A stretch of DNA of 64,000 nucleotides from Cyanophora paradoxa CCMP329 (taxonomy: Eukaryota; Plantae; Glaucophyta), in assembly GCA_004431415.1 (NCBI GenBank), contig QPMI01000657.1, forward strand, positions 206,281 to 270,280, read 5' to 3'. A program made the position numbers and the translations under genes. The first letter of the stretch is position 1, and each line of letters begins with the position of its first letter. Shown here in pieces: positions 1 through 11,359 of this stretch. Below the pieces are notes generated by a model. It made no database searches. It had not been told where the DNA came from and saw nothing but the letters and a program-made list of their open reading frames with translations.

Positions 1-3000
1 ACGTTGAGGCTCTGCGCCCGGCGCTGATGTGGGACGCGGTCCAGAACAAGGGCGCCGCGCCCTCGGCCCGGCGCAGCCTGACTGCGACGGCGGCTGTCGA
101 TAAGGAGGCCGAAAGCCTTCTGGTTCGCACGCCGTACCAGCCGATCTACGAAGGAGCGGTCCGCGCGACGTGGGCGGGCGTGCGGTTCCAGCCGCCCTCA
201 ACCATCGTCGGCGGGCTCGCGGACGACCCCGCCGAGGCGGCGCCATCCGCCACCCGTCGGCGCCCGCGCCGGCGCAGGCCGCTGCGCAGACCGCCGCGCC
301 GCCGACGGCGCCGCAGCAGGCGCGGCCCCGGCGCAACGCGGGCCAGGCCGTTGGCCGAGGCGGCCGCGGGCAGGGTCACCAGCGGGGCGGCCGGCACCGC
401 GGTCGCGACGGCCGAGGCCACCGTGACCGTGGCGGCGACCGCGGCGGTGGCCAGGCGCAACCCGCACAACCCGCTGTCGACCCGAACGACCCGTTCGGGC
501 TGGATGCGTTCCTCGCGCGGCAGCAGGGGTATGACCCCAAGACCATGCGCGTAACCGTCTCGGACGGGAAGGTGAAGGTCGAGCGGATCGCCGAGAGCGC
601 TCCGCCAGACCAAGCCCCGCCGGCTGAGACTCCCTCCCGGACCTTGATGCCGCCGCCCAGCTCGAGCCGCCAGGCCGAGGCAAGCTCGAGCCGCAGGGAC
701 GACACGGCCAGTCGCGCGTCGCAGGCCCGCCGGACCCCTGAGCGGGCCTCGTCTCAGCGCCGCTCGCGCACACCCGAGCCGCGCCGAGCCCCGTCCAGTC
801 GCCGCTCTCGCACCCCAGACAGGCGCGAGACGCGGGGCCCCTCCACGCGCCGCGAGCGCTCCCCGGAGCCCCACCGGCAATCCCGGGCGCCGCCGCCGTC
901 CCGCCGTTCGTTGGAACGCCGCGATCGCGAGGGCTCCCGACGCCCTTCGCCGGACCGCCGGGACCGCGAGGCCTCCCGCCGCCGCTCCCCGGACCGCCGT
1001 GATCGCTCGCCGCCGCGCCGCGACCGCAGCCCGCCGAGCCGACGGTCCACGGCTCGCGACACTCGCGACAGGCGGAGCCCTCGCCGAGGCTCGCGGGAAC
1101 GCCGCCGGAGCCGAACACCGTCCCGCTCTAGCTCCCGCTCGCGCTCGCGCGATCGGAGCCCGAGCCGGAGCCCCGCCATGACGATAAGCGGCGCAAAAGC
1201 TCGAAGAAGGGCTCGCGCGACCGCGCCTCGCCGCGAGACCGCCGCAGCCCTCGCAGCAGCCAGTCCTCTCGCCGCCCGCCGGACCCGCCGCGCGGCGCCG
1301 TAGACGCTGCGTACAAGCGGCACGAGAACGACGCCCGCCTGCGAGGCTGCCCGCCCACATTGCGCGAGCTCTTCGACATGGTCTGGAAGGCGCAGTACGC
1401 TGAGATGCCAGACTCGCTCTCGGCGTCCGCGCGAGCTGAGCAGGCCACCGCGCTGGTCCTGATCAAGCTCCAGAACCAGATGGACGCTCAGTCCGCGTCG
1501 TCCTCGGCCCGCGCCGCCGCGCCACCATCGGGTGGGCAGCCGCCGACGGGCGGACGCAACGAGCGCCAGCAGCCCTTTCTAGAGGGGCCTGAGGGGCAGA
1601 GCGAGGCCGGTCCGCAGTCGGCGGCGCCGTCCAAGCCTGCGGAGGGTCGCGCCTCCATCTCTCAGGCCCAGGAGCGGTCATCGCGTGCGAGCCAGGCCGA
1701 GCCGCCGCGCGCAGACCAGTCGACGCCGGAGCAGCCGCGCGCCTCAGTGGCCGCGCCGCGCGCCTCCGCCGCCACGACTTTCAACCCCCAGGCTGACGTC
1801 CCAGCAGGGGGCCTCCTGCAGTTTGTGCGCGAGTGCTCGAGCTGCCGCGACGTGAAGATCCGGGCCAAGGGGTCACGGAATTGGGGCTTTGGCTTCAAAC
1901 AGTCGAGCGCCAGATCCGCACCGCCGCTAGCCACGCCGAGACGCGCGCCAAGCCCGGCGGCGCTCAGAAGGTCTCAGACGAAGCCTTCGCCCAGGCAAAG
2001 CAGGCCGCTCGGCGGGCCCTGGAAGACGTCTGCCGCGCCCTCCGGGCCGGCATCGATATGCAGATCAGCCTCTCCGCTGGGGAGACGGGCATGATGATCT
2101 CGCTCCTCCCAGACGGGCCCCGTGCCGATCTCGAGGCTCTGCGGGCCACGCTCGATCGCACCAAAGACTGGCGAGCCTTGCTTGAGCGCGAGCGCCAGCA
2201 CGAGGCTCGCGTGGCAATGCAGGCCGCGGCAAAAGCCAACCCAAAGCCCTTCTTCGCGGTATACACCGTCGCAGAAGCGTCGTCACCCCGCGGGCACGAG
2301 GCCCGCGCGCCCTGTGACCTTCCCGCCCACTTGCATACGCCGGCGTCGGTCCGGGCCGCTGTGCCGGTGCCGGCGGACGAGAAGTACATCTCGATCCGCC
2401 GCGTCCAGACGGTCGTCCACGAGCCGCCCGCTCAAACAGTCGCGCCGCCGGCGCCAGCCGCGCCGCCCGCCCCGGCCCCACCAAAGAGCCGCGAGCCTGC
2501 GCCGGCCTGGGCCCGCCGCCTGCTGCACAAGCTCGGGCCGCGCTCGACCGTGCTGGTCTTCAACTGGCTGTCGAACCCCGCGCAAATGCTGCAGGTCGAT
2601 CCAAAGACCCTGGAGCCCGCCTTACGCGCGGTGCATCAGGCGATCATGGACCGCTACGGCATCTCGATGCGCAAAACGGGCTACAAGGCCCCGCCACGGC
2701 CGACTCGCGCGTGGTTCTCGGGTTCAGCGCCGACAGCGGCGTTCGCCCCGCAGAACGCGCTCGAGGCCGCCGCGATCATTTACCCCGAGGGCCTGACCTC
2801 CGACGAGGAAGCTCTCATGCCCGCGGGCCACGCCCTGGGCTCCAAAAACCGCCCGTCCCTCGCCGTGCCCCGCCCGGCAGAGGAGACGCCGCTGGGAACG
2901 CGCGCCGGCTATGACCCGCCCAGCGACGAGTTGCTCTACGCCAACCGCCACGGCCCGGGCCCGCGCAAGCGGACCAAGCCCTCGCCGTTGGCCGACCAGG

Positions 3001-3160
3001 CAGAGCAGCGCCGAGTCGCCGAGCGAGCCGCGGCTCGCCAGTCCCGGCCCCCATCCCCAACCGCAAGCGCAACGGACCTGTCGGGTCCACCCGCGCCGCC
3101 GGAACCAGAATTCCACGTCCGCCGCGCCCGACCTAGCTTCCCGCGCGACCGGGCCCTGGA
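1..3160 (+). CDS. gag: gag-like region of the retrotransposon, broken across several frames, with a long Arg/Ser-rich low-complexity tract
   Basis: Overlapping + ORFs 27-554, 170-1303, 1360-2094 and 1833- lie upstream of, and run into, the protease frame. No CCHC knuckle was recognised; the assignment is by position only. Confidence 0.5.
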
Positions 3161-3640
3161 ATTCTTCCGGCCAAAGACACTGCACATTCACGGCAGCATT
3201 GCTATGCGCCTGCCGAACGGCCGCTCCGGCGCTGAACGGCCCGCTCGCATTGTTGTCGACACGGGCGCCCAGGGAACTGTAGTTCCCCAGGAAGTCCTCG
3301 ACCGCCTGCCGCCCGACGAAGTCAATTACGTCGAGGGCCACACGATAGTCCGCGGTTTCATGGACCGGGACAAAATTCGTTGTCGCCGCGCCGACGTAGT
3401 CTTCGTTCTGGGCTCGCTCCGCTTCTGCCGCCGCGTCTTCGTCGTCCCGCGCGGCGCCATGGGCGTTGAGCCGGACATTCTGCTCGGCCTGGACGCGATC
3501 CAGGCCGTCCACGGCCAGATCGACACGACGCTGTCCGGGTGGTGCCTCCGGGCCCGTGACCACCTGCACCGCGAAGTCGTCGTCCCTTTTCGGCTCCGGA
3601 CCAGCTTGGGATCCTGGTCCGAGTCCTGGGACCAGTAAAG
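3161..3640 (+). CDS. pol: retroviral-type aspartic protease
   Basis: RIVVDTGAQGTVV and PDILLGLDAI motifs in ORF 1833-3638. Reading continues in another frame (PVKLPVGEALVPCTL) after ~3600. Confidence 0.85.
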
Positions 3641-4619
3641 CTCCCCGTCGGAGAGGCCCTCGTCCCATGCACGCTCAATGGGCAGGGCCCGGCAACGCGT
3701 GAGTTGCCGCACCTCTACGTCGAGCCGTCGCCGGAGTCCCCGCAAGCCTTGGGCGTACTCTGCCCTTACCAGCTGCATAATCACCCGGGAGACAAAATGT
3801 TTCACGTGCGGTTGTGCAATCCTGGCCGGCAGCCGGTAACCCTGCCGCTAGGATCGGTAGTAGCGGTCGCTTCGGCGGTCGCCCTACCGCCTGGTGATTT
3901 TGAGTACGAACCTGAGCAAATGCCTTGTAGTGCGAGTGCATTGACAGACCTCTTGATTCGCCGGCTGCGAATCGTGCCTGCCAAACGCCGCACTGGACTC
4001 CGCCACTTTAATAGAAAAGCACGCATGCTTGGCGCGGCATATGAGCCCGCCAAAGACGTTGAGAAAATAATCTCCACCCTACGTTCTGTCGTAGATGAGG
4101 CGGAAAAGCAGCGCGCTCTGTCTAGCGCAGCGCCTGCTGAGCCCGCCGACCCACCCGCGCACCGCCCTACGACGTCGACGATATAGTCGTCACGTTTGGC
4201 GAGCTGCCCTTCGACACAGCCGACCGGCCGTTGCAGGACCTTGATGCTATGAGCATCATTAGCCTCGACGACGATGCTATGAGCACGTCGTCACGAAGCG
4301 CGTCCCCAACGCCGGCCCCGATCACAGGCCCCTCGGTCGACGAGTTCGTCGCCGCAGTCGAGGCAGTGTCCGTCCCCAGAGACGCCACCCTGCGCTCGAC
4401 CTTCCCCGGTCTCTCCGAAAAAGCGGAGCGCGACTTGCTCGATGCAGTCCGCGCCATGCGCGGCGACGTTACGGTCCGCAAGGCCGCACCGGTCGCCGAC
4501 GCCGAGGCCCACCCCAGAGTGTGGTCACAGCCTCGCTTTCGGCCCGGCCCGATGCCCCACCCCCTACGACTGCAGCACCCGACGCGAAGCCCGCTGAGGC
4601 ACCGCGGCCGGTGCCTAAT

Positions 4620-6075
4620 GCAGAGGAGGAGTGGCAAGAGCTGCTGAAGAAGATTCCTGAGCTCGGCTCTCACCCGTCAATCACGACGGCGCAGAAAGCC
4701 GAACTTCACGCGCTCCTGCGGCGCTACAAGGATGTCTTCGCAGACAAGGTCGAGGCCAAAGAGGGCACCAGCAACCTGCTCTATTACGAGCACGTGATCA
4801 AACTCACGACTCGCCTTCCGGTGTTCACGCCTCCGCGGCGTATGAACCCGCACGCCGAGGAACACGCCCGCAAGGAAATTCAGAAACTCCTTGAGCTTGG
4901 GCTGATCGAGCCCTCCCAAGCGGCATATGGCTCGCCGGTAGTGCTGGCCCCAAAAAGGACGGCACTTGGCGTTTCTGTGTCGACTATCGGAGGCTGAATC
5001 AGATCACCGAGCGGGACGTGTTTCCCCTACCCCGCATAGACGACCAGCTCGAGCGCCTCCGCGGCTCGATGGTCTTCTCGACTGCTGACGCGACTGCCGG
5101 CTTCTGGCAGCTGCCTCTGCACCCCGGCTCCCGAGCCTACACTGCATTTGTGGTCCCCTGGGGTCACTTTCAGTGGAAGGTTACGCCGTTTGGGGTCACG
5201 AACGGGCCCGCGGCATTCTCCGCGCGATCACTGCGATCCTGGGCCCCTTGCTGACCACCTGCGTCGTCGCGTACATCGACGATATCACGGTCTTCTCACC
5301 GTCCATCGATCAGCACCTTCTAGACTTGAAGGCGCTCTTCGAGACGATCTCTAAGGCGAACCTGCGCCTGAAGCCGTCGAAGTGCCGCTTCTGCGTGCCT
5401 GAAATCGACCTTCTCGGCCACCGCATCTCCGCCGAAGGGATCCGCCAGGACCCTGCGAAGACCAAGGTGATCACGGACTGGCAGACGCCGAAGAACGCGG
5501 ACGAGCTCCGCTCGTTCCTCGGCCTCGCCGGCTACTACCGCCGCTTTGTCGAGAACTTCTCCAAAGTGGTGCACGCCATGCAGCGCCTTCTATTGAAGGA
5601 CGCCGTCTGGAGTTGGCCAGAGGACGGCCCCGCCGACCGCGCCTTTAAGGAGCTGAAAGAACTCCTGGGCCGCGATATTATATTGCGGTTCCCGGACTTC
5701 TCGAAGCCCTTCATTCTCCAGACGGACGCCAGCACCTACGCTATCGGCGCAATTCTGAGCCAGGCCGACGACAAAGGCGTCGAGCGGCCGCTCGCGTTCA
5801 TCAGCCGCACGCTGCTGCCGGCCGAGATGAACTACTCCGCTACGGAGCTGGAGTGCCTCGCAGTAGTCTGGGCCATTAAGTATTGGCGCCACTATCTGCT
5901 GGGCGGCCCCCAGTTCCTGGTGCGGACCGACCACCACGCCCTCCAGTGGCTGAAGACGCTGGACCCGACGACGGGCCGCCTCGGTCGCTGGTCCCTGCTC
6001 TTGCAGGCCTACGACTTTGAGATCGTCTACCGCCCTGGCAAGCAGAACGGGGGTCCCGACGCGTGCTCGCGTCTC
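4620..6075 (+). CDS. pol: reverse transcriptase + RNase H (frameshifted)
   Basis: YGSPVVLAPK/KDGTWRFCVDYRRLN, FPLPRIDDQL, GFWQ, PFGVTNGPAAF, AYIDDI, LRSFLGLAGYYRRF, LQTDAS, YSATELECLA, RTDHHAL, YRPGKQN..DACSR. Single-base frameshifts near 4950 and 5225. Confidence 0.95.
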
Positions 6076-7403
6076 CCTAAGGACCACCCCGTCTGGCAGC
6101 CAGGCGGTGCAGACGGTTCCTCGTCCAAGCCCGCGGCCTACAAGGGCGCCGAAGGCTTCGGCATCCCGCAACATGCTGTAGGGGCTGAGCCTGAGGATCC
6201 CGACGTCCCGCTGGGCATCTTTAGGATGCAGCTGGGCCCGACCGAGCGGGCCCTGCGCCAGCTCGCCAACTCCGCCGGCTTCCGCGCGGAAGCCCCAGCC
6301 GAGGGTGGCCGAGCCGCTAGACGCCGAGCGCCCCGGGCGGCGCCTGCGAGCGCCCCTCTTCCCCGCCGGGCCGCTCCTCTTATGCAGAGGAGGAGTCGCG
6401 GCCCCCTGTGCCAGCCAGTGCTCCTGAGGCCGAGCCCGACGCCGGCGCCCCTGAAGCGCCCGCGCCCGAGCCTGAGGGTGAGGCTGGCGGTGCTGCGGAA
6501 ACCGATTCCGACGCCGAGCCCCCGCCGCCAGAGCGCGCGCCGCGACGCCTGCCCCGCGAGCTCGCCAAGCTTGCTGCGTCGGCTGGGTTCGCTGAGGCCA
6601 AGGCCTCCGCCTCGGCTACTGACGCCGCCACGCGCAAGCGAGCGCGGGCCGCCCCAGAGCGCTTCGCGCCTCCCGCGCCAGAGTCGGTCTCGCCGCCCCC
6701 GAAACGACGAGAGCCGGGCCCGGCGCCCGCTGTCGAGGAGCGCGAGGCTCCCTCGGACGCGGAGATGCCCGACGCCCCTGAGGGCGACCTGGGCGCCCCG
6801 GCCGCGCTGCTAGAGGACGCTCACGCAGAGGCCGAGGCCTCGGGCGAGATCGATGACGAGTCGCTGCCGGAAGGGCCTGTCCCCTCCGACGCCTGCGACG
6901 CTGACGGCTTCCCCTCGCTCTTGCGGAGCGAGTCCCGAAGCGCTCGGAAACCGGGCCCCGTCGGTGGGGCGCCAAGGGATTTGCCGAGCCGCGGCCCCTG
7001 CATCCCGACGCGCTCTTCCCTCGCGGCCCGCCTTGAGGCGGCAGCCTCGAGATGAGTACAACACGCGCCACTGGCGCTCCCCGGTCGACCCCTCGGATCG
7101 GCCGGTGCCGATTCATATTGAGTGGGAGCCGGAGGACCCTGAGGGCGAGCCGCCTCCCGGGCCTCCGCGCCGACGCTCGCTCTCCCCGGAGACTGCTCGC
7201 CACCAGATCCGCGTTCGGCCGGTCCCCCGGACCCCAAGCCAGCGCCGCGGGCTCGAGGTCGCCCCTCTGCCCGCGGGCAGGCTTCCGACGACGCCGCCCC
7301 GCTCGAGCCTGAGACGGTCGCCGCCGAGGCCGCTGCCCCGCAGCGGTGGGTAGAACTCGACCCTAGAGGCCGGGACGTTCGCCCGCCGTGCAAGCCGGTC
7401 TTC

Positions 7404-9000
7404 GTGGATACCGTCCTCGACGCGTGGGCCTGCGGACCCTCGCCAGCCGTCGATGGGGCGCTCCCCGACGCGCTGCGCCGTATGTTCCCGCCCGAGAAGC
7501 GCAAGCGTCTGCTCGCCGCTCAGAAGGAGGATTCCTTCTGCAAGAAGCTTCTCGCCTTCCACGCAGAGGGCGAGAATCCAACTGTCTGTACCCGCGGCTC
7601 GAGGCGCGACGCAGATCCCTGCTCGCCCAGCTGCGCTCACTGCCTGCGGGCCAAGGAGCGCTTTGCACGCCTGGCCGGCGAGTTCAGCCTGGCCGACGAC
7701 GGCGTCATCGAGCGCAACCCCTTGGTCCCTGCCGGCCGGTTCCTACCCGTCTTGCCGGACGCTTGGATCGACAGGGTGCTCTACGCCTATCACGAGGGCT
7801 GGGCCCATCGAGGCGCGCCCGTGATAGCCCGTCGGATCGCCCTGCGGTTCTGGTGGCCTGGCATGTACGCCTCCATCGCTCGCTTTGTGCGGTCGTGCCC
7901 GCACTGTCAGTTCGCGAAGGCCGCGAAGCCCCGCCGTACCGCCATTCAGGTGATACAGCCTTCGGGCAAGGGAGACCTGTGGCAGGTGGATATCTTCCAC
8001 TTGGATATGCACGAAGACGGTTCGCGATACATCATCGCGTACGTCGACGCATACACCAAGTTCTGCTATATCTACCCGCTCTCCCGTATCTCCGGCGAGG
8101 CCTTGCTCGCCACCGCGATCGACTTCTATACGCACGAGGGCGTGCCCGCGCGCATCCTGACGGACCGCGGGTCCCAACTCGTTGGGGGCGCGTGGAACGC
8201 GTTCTTCAAGGAGAAGGGTACCCGGTTCGTGCACGCGGCCGCCTACCACCACGCCTCGAACGGCGGCGCCGAGCGCCTGGGCGGAGTCTACAAGACTCTC
8301 GCTTACGCCATGTGCCGTGAGCACAAGCGGCCGCTCTCTGACTGGCCTCTTTACAACGCCGATATCGTTCTCGCGTTGCGGACCACCGTGCACTCCGCCA
8401 CCGGGTTCTCCCCGATGGTCTTGCACCGCGGTTCTGAAGTGCACCTGCCCTGCGAAGTGCGCTTCGGAGCCGGCGTCCGCTTCGTGAACCCCGACCACAC
8501 GCACCCGGCTGATTACCTTCTCGCGATGACGCGAGCTGCCGCGAGCGCCGACGCTGCCTCGCGCGAGTACCGTCGGTTCTATCGGAACCGCATGGTTGCT
8601 CGCACCGGCAACCCGCCTCATCGTCGCCGCTTTGAGGTTGGCGACAAGGTATTGTGCTGGATGGGCGAACACAACAAAGGGCTGTACAATTCGTGGGTCG
8701 GGCCCTACACTGTGACTGGTGTTAACCCTGGCGGTTACACCTACACGGTCAAGGGGTCGGCTAAGCCCTACTCCGCCAAGGACGATGCCCGTACCCGTCC
8801 TCTGCGTGAGACTGTTGCCCACATCGACTGCATGCTTCCGTTCCGCACGCGTCTCTCCGAGTCTCAAGCCCGTCCCCGCGTTGGTCGGCCTCGGAAGACT
8901 GCTGTGAACGCCGACGAGCCGGCGATCGACCCCGCACTCGCGGACTCGCCCGCTCAAGAACAAAATCCACCTCTCGCCCCTGACGTCGACGCCGAGGGCC
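7404..9000 (+). CDS. pol: integrase (HHCC zinc finger, rve core, GPY motif)
   Basis: YHEGWAH...WWPGMYASIARFVRSCPHCQ; QVDIF, LTDRGSQL, SNGGAER; WVGPYTV. The true 3' end is uncertain. Confidence 0.93.
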
Positions 9001-9742
9001 CGAGCGGGCTGCCGAGGGCGACGAGGTTGGGATGGATGACGCGATTTTGGTCGACGACCTGTGAGAAGCTCGTCCCATTGCTGTTCCCTTTGCGATCGCT
9101 GTGCTTGCGCCGTGGGGCAGATTTCTTTGCCCGCTTTGCCTCAGCCCTGGCTTCCGAGGTGGGACGTGGGTTGGCTGGTGGCCAATCACGGGGCGCCATC
9201 TGGGCCTTTCGTTCCATTTTCTGGGATCTGGGCCCGTCGCTCGTGGAGAGTGGCTGGGTGTAGGCCTCCCGGGTGCCTGCGGGTCCGTGAGGGGCTCGAG
9301 GTTGCTGGCTGGGGGTGCACTCAGTCGTGCCCTATCCTTTCGTTGGGCCTGATGGGCGGCCCGGATACCTCCTCGCTGGTTTCTTCCCGAGGCGGTGAAA
9401 CTTCCCATCCGTGCCACTCTCCTTCGGCTCTCGCCGTTGGAGCGAGTTTGGGCCAGCTTTTGGGGGGTTTCGAGTTCTATGCTTTTCCATCTTTCGAGCT
9501 TGGCCTGGGGTTGCCTAGGTACATGCACTATGCTGGTATCGGCTCCTATTTCGGTCGCGAGCTATGCTACCTGGCATATCTGGTTGCTGACGACGGACAT
9601 TCTGCTTCGAGAGGAGTTCACTCGCCGCCGCCCTGTCGCTGCCGTGGTTGGTGCACACCCCGGCGGTGGGGTGGACGCCCCGTCGAGCATGCAGACTCGA
9701 CGTTCGGCTTGGCGCGGTCCGGTGCGAGGACGCACCGTATGC

Positions 9743-9753
9743 AGAGTGAGGAG
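9743..9753 (+). promoter_or_regulatory. polypurine tract
   Basis: AGAGTGAGGAG lies just before TGTCG and is preceded by a GAGGACG motif typical of Gypsy 3' ends. Confidence 0.6.
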
Positions 9754-9754
9754 T

Positions 9755-10010
9755 TGTCGCGTGCCGCGATTCCCTCGGATTAGGCTAGCCGGCAGTCTAT
9801 GCGTAGCCGCTAGCCCTAGTCTAGTGCTATCGAGCAGCTAGCTCTAGCACTCTCTGTATTCTGACTTAGCGCCGGGCGCGACTCCGTTTGGGGGTACGCG
9901 ATCCCTGGACGGGTACACTTGTGAATAGACCACTTGTGCTCCCAGCTACAGCCCCAGCCCGTGCGTGACCGCACGGACGCTGCACCGGGTGGGAATCCTC
10001 TCATCCGACA
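9755..10010 (+). repeat. 3' LTR (256 bp)
   Basis: Begins TGTCG and ends CGACA (5-bp terminal inverted repeat), directly after the PPT. The 5' LTR is not in the window, so the TSD cannot be verified. Confidence 0.7.
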
Positions 10011-10129
10011 GGAATTACATCACGAAGAAGCGGAGGACAAAATTAAGTAAGATGAATAACAGGAAGCAGACTAGTAAGAGGAACAACAAGACAACGTGGA
10101 CGCTTAACCGCACCCCCTTCCCCCGCGCA

Positions 10130-10700
10130 GCTGGCGGAGCTGAACAAGCGGCCGATCCTCCCCCTCCTCCCCTCCGACATCCCCGTGCGTCCCTCCCGTC
10201 CCACGCACCCCTCCCCGGCTCTAAAATGCCGTACCCCCAGGCCCCAGAGGGCGCGCCGCCCGACGCGGAGCCCTTCGCGTAAGTCACGGCCGGCAACGTC
10301 GCCCTCCTCGCCGTGCGCCCGTTTCGATATCGGATGAACCTGTACCCCCCTCTGAATTGAAGGTCGAGTGTACCCCAGAACCTCGACCGGCTCGTCGACT
10401 CCGTCCCGGGCCTCGCCCCCACCCCCGCCGCCCCCGCCCCGCCCCCGCCGCCCCAGCCGCCGTCGCCCCGGCCCCCGCCGAGCAGCCAGCGCCAGGTGCT
10501 GCTCCGGAGCCGCCTCGAGCTCCGGGTGCGGGCGCGGCGGCTGCGGCCACTGAGGCGCGGGAGCTGGAGGAGCGGCGGCGCCGAGTCGCGGAGGCGCGCG
10601 CCCCCCGCTTGCCCAGGTCTCTCGCGATCGCTCTGACTCGACCCCGCCCAGCTGGAGGCCCGGGTCAAGGAGGCCGAGGCCGAGGCGGCGGGGAAGATGG
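10130..10700 (+). pseudogene. possible 3' exons of a host gene interrupted by the LTR element
   Basis: Short GC-rich segments bounded by cag| acceptors and |gtgcgc donors (LAELNKR; APEGAPPDAEPFA*VTAGNVALLA; NLDRLVDSVPG), with an in-frame TAA. Confidence 0.3.
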
Positions 10701-11359
10701 TGCCCCGCCCCGCCGGCCCCCGCGCCAGCCGCGGGCCCGGGCCCCGGCGCGCCCTCCGCGAGCCCCGCGCGCGCGGCCACTCCGGCCTCGAAGGCCTGCG
10801 TCGTCATGTAGGGCGATCAACAAAACATTCGCTCGGATATATAGGTCCTGCCAGGCAGGCATGCAGGGCGATTATCGCTATATTTGTCCTAAATCTTAGT
10901 CTCGGATTTAGAGCTCTATTCGCAGTTAAAGCTTGAGAGGCAAGCTTCTATTCGCAGTACGTTGAAGCTTGAAAGGCGAGCACTGCGCAGGGGGGGGGAG
11001 GGATATAGATCGAGGCCTAGGAGAGGGGACCCATGGCCAGCGAGGGGAGAAAATGGATCGGAACCGGTGCTGCCAGGCTGAGAGCTCGGAGCTCGGAAAT
11101 TAAATCGATCTAGAGCGGAGCTCGAGAGAGGAAAGGATCGAAAACTCGGTGATCGATTACGATAACGCTACAGCTGCCACAGACGGGCGCCGCGCGCTGT
11201 GCAAAAATCGCGACACCTGCGCAGCTGATATCGAGAGCTTCGAATTCGAGGTGACGTCGCCACGTCCTATTTCGCGCCACGTCCTATTTCGCGCCCATTT
11301 ATAATTTCGCGCAATGCGCGTTAGCGCTGCTGATCGATTTCTTACAGCGCGCGTCTGGA

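Larger units (their letters stand above)
1..10010 (+). mobile_element. Ty3/Gypsy LTR retrotransposon (5' part lies outside the window)
   Basis: Domain order is PR (IVVDTGAQ, DILLGLD), RT (FPLPRIDD, YIDD), RNase H (LQTDAS, ELECLA, TDH), IN (HHCC, D-D-E, GPY), followed by a PPT and a 3' LTR. RT-RH-IN order is diagnostic of Ty3/Gypsy. Confidence 0.95.

Noticed and set aside
3630-3645. Programmed stop-codon readthrough after the protease
   Set aside because: The protein-like continuation is in a different frame, so a 1-bp indel is the simpler explanation.
146-9528. Long minus-strand ORFs over the retrotransposon
   Set aside because: These are shadow ORFs of GC-rich coding DNA with no recognisable motifs.
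10011-10022. LTR ending at ATTACA or ACATCA
   Set aside because: CGACA at 10006-10010 matches the TGTCG start as an inverted repeat and is the better end.
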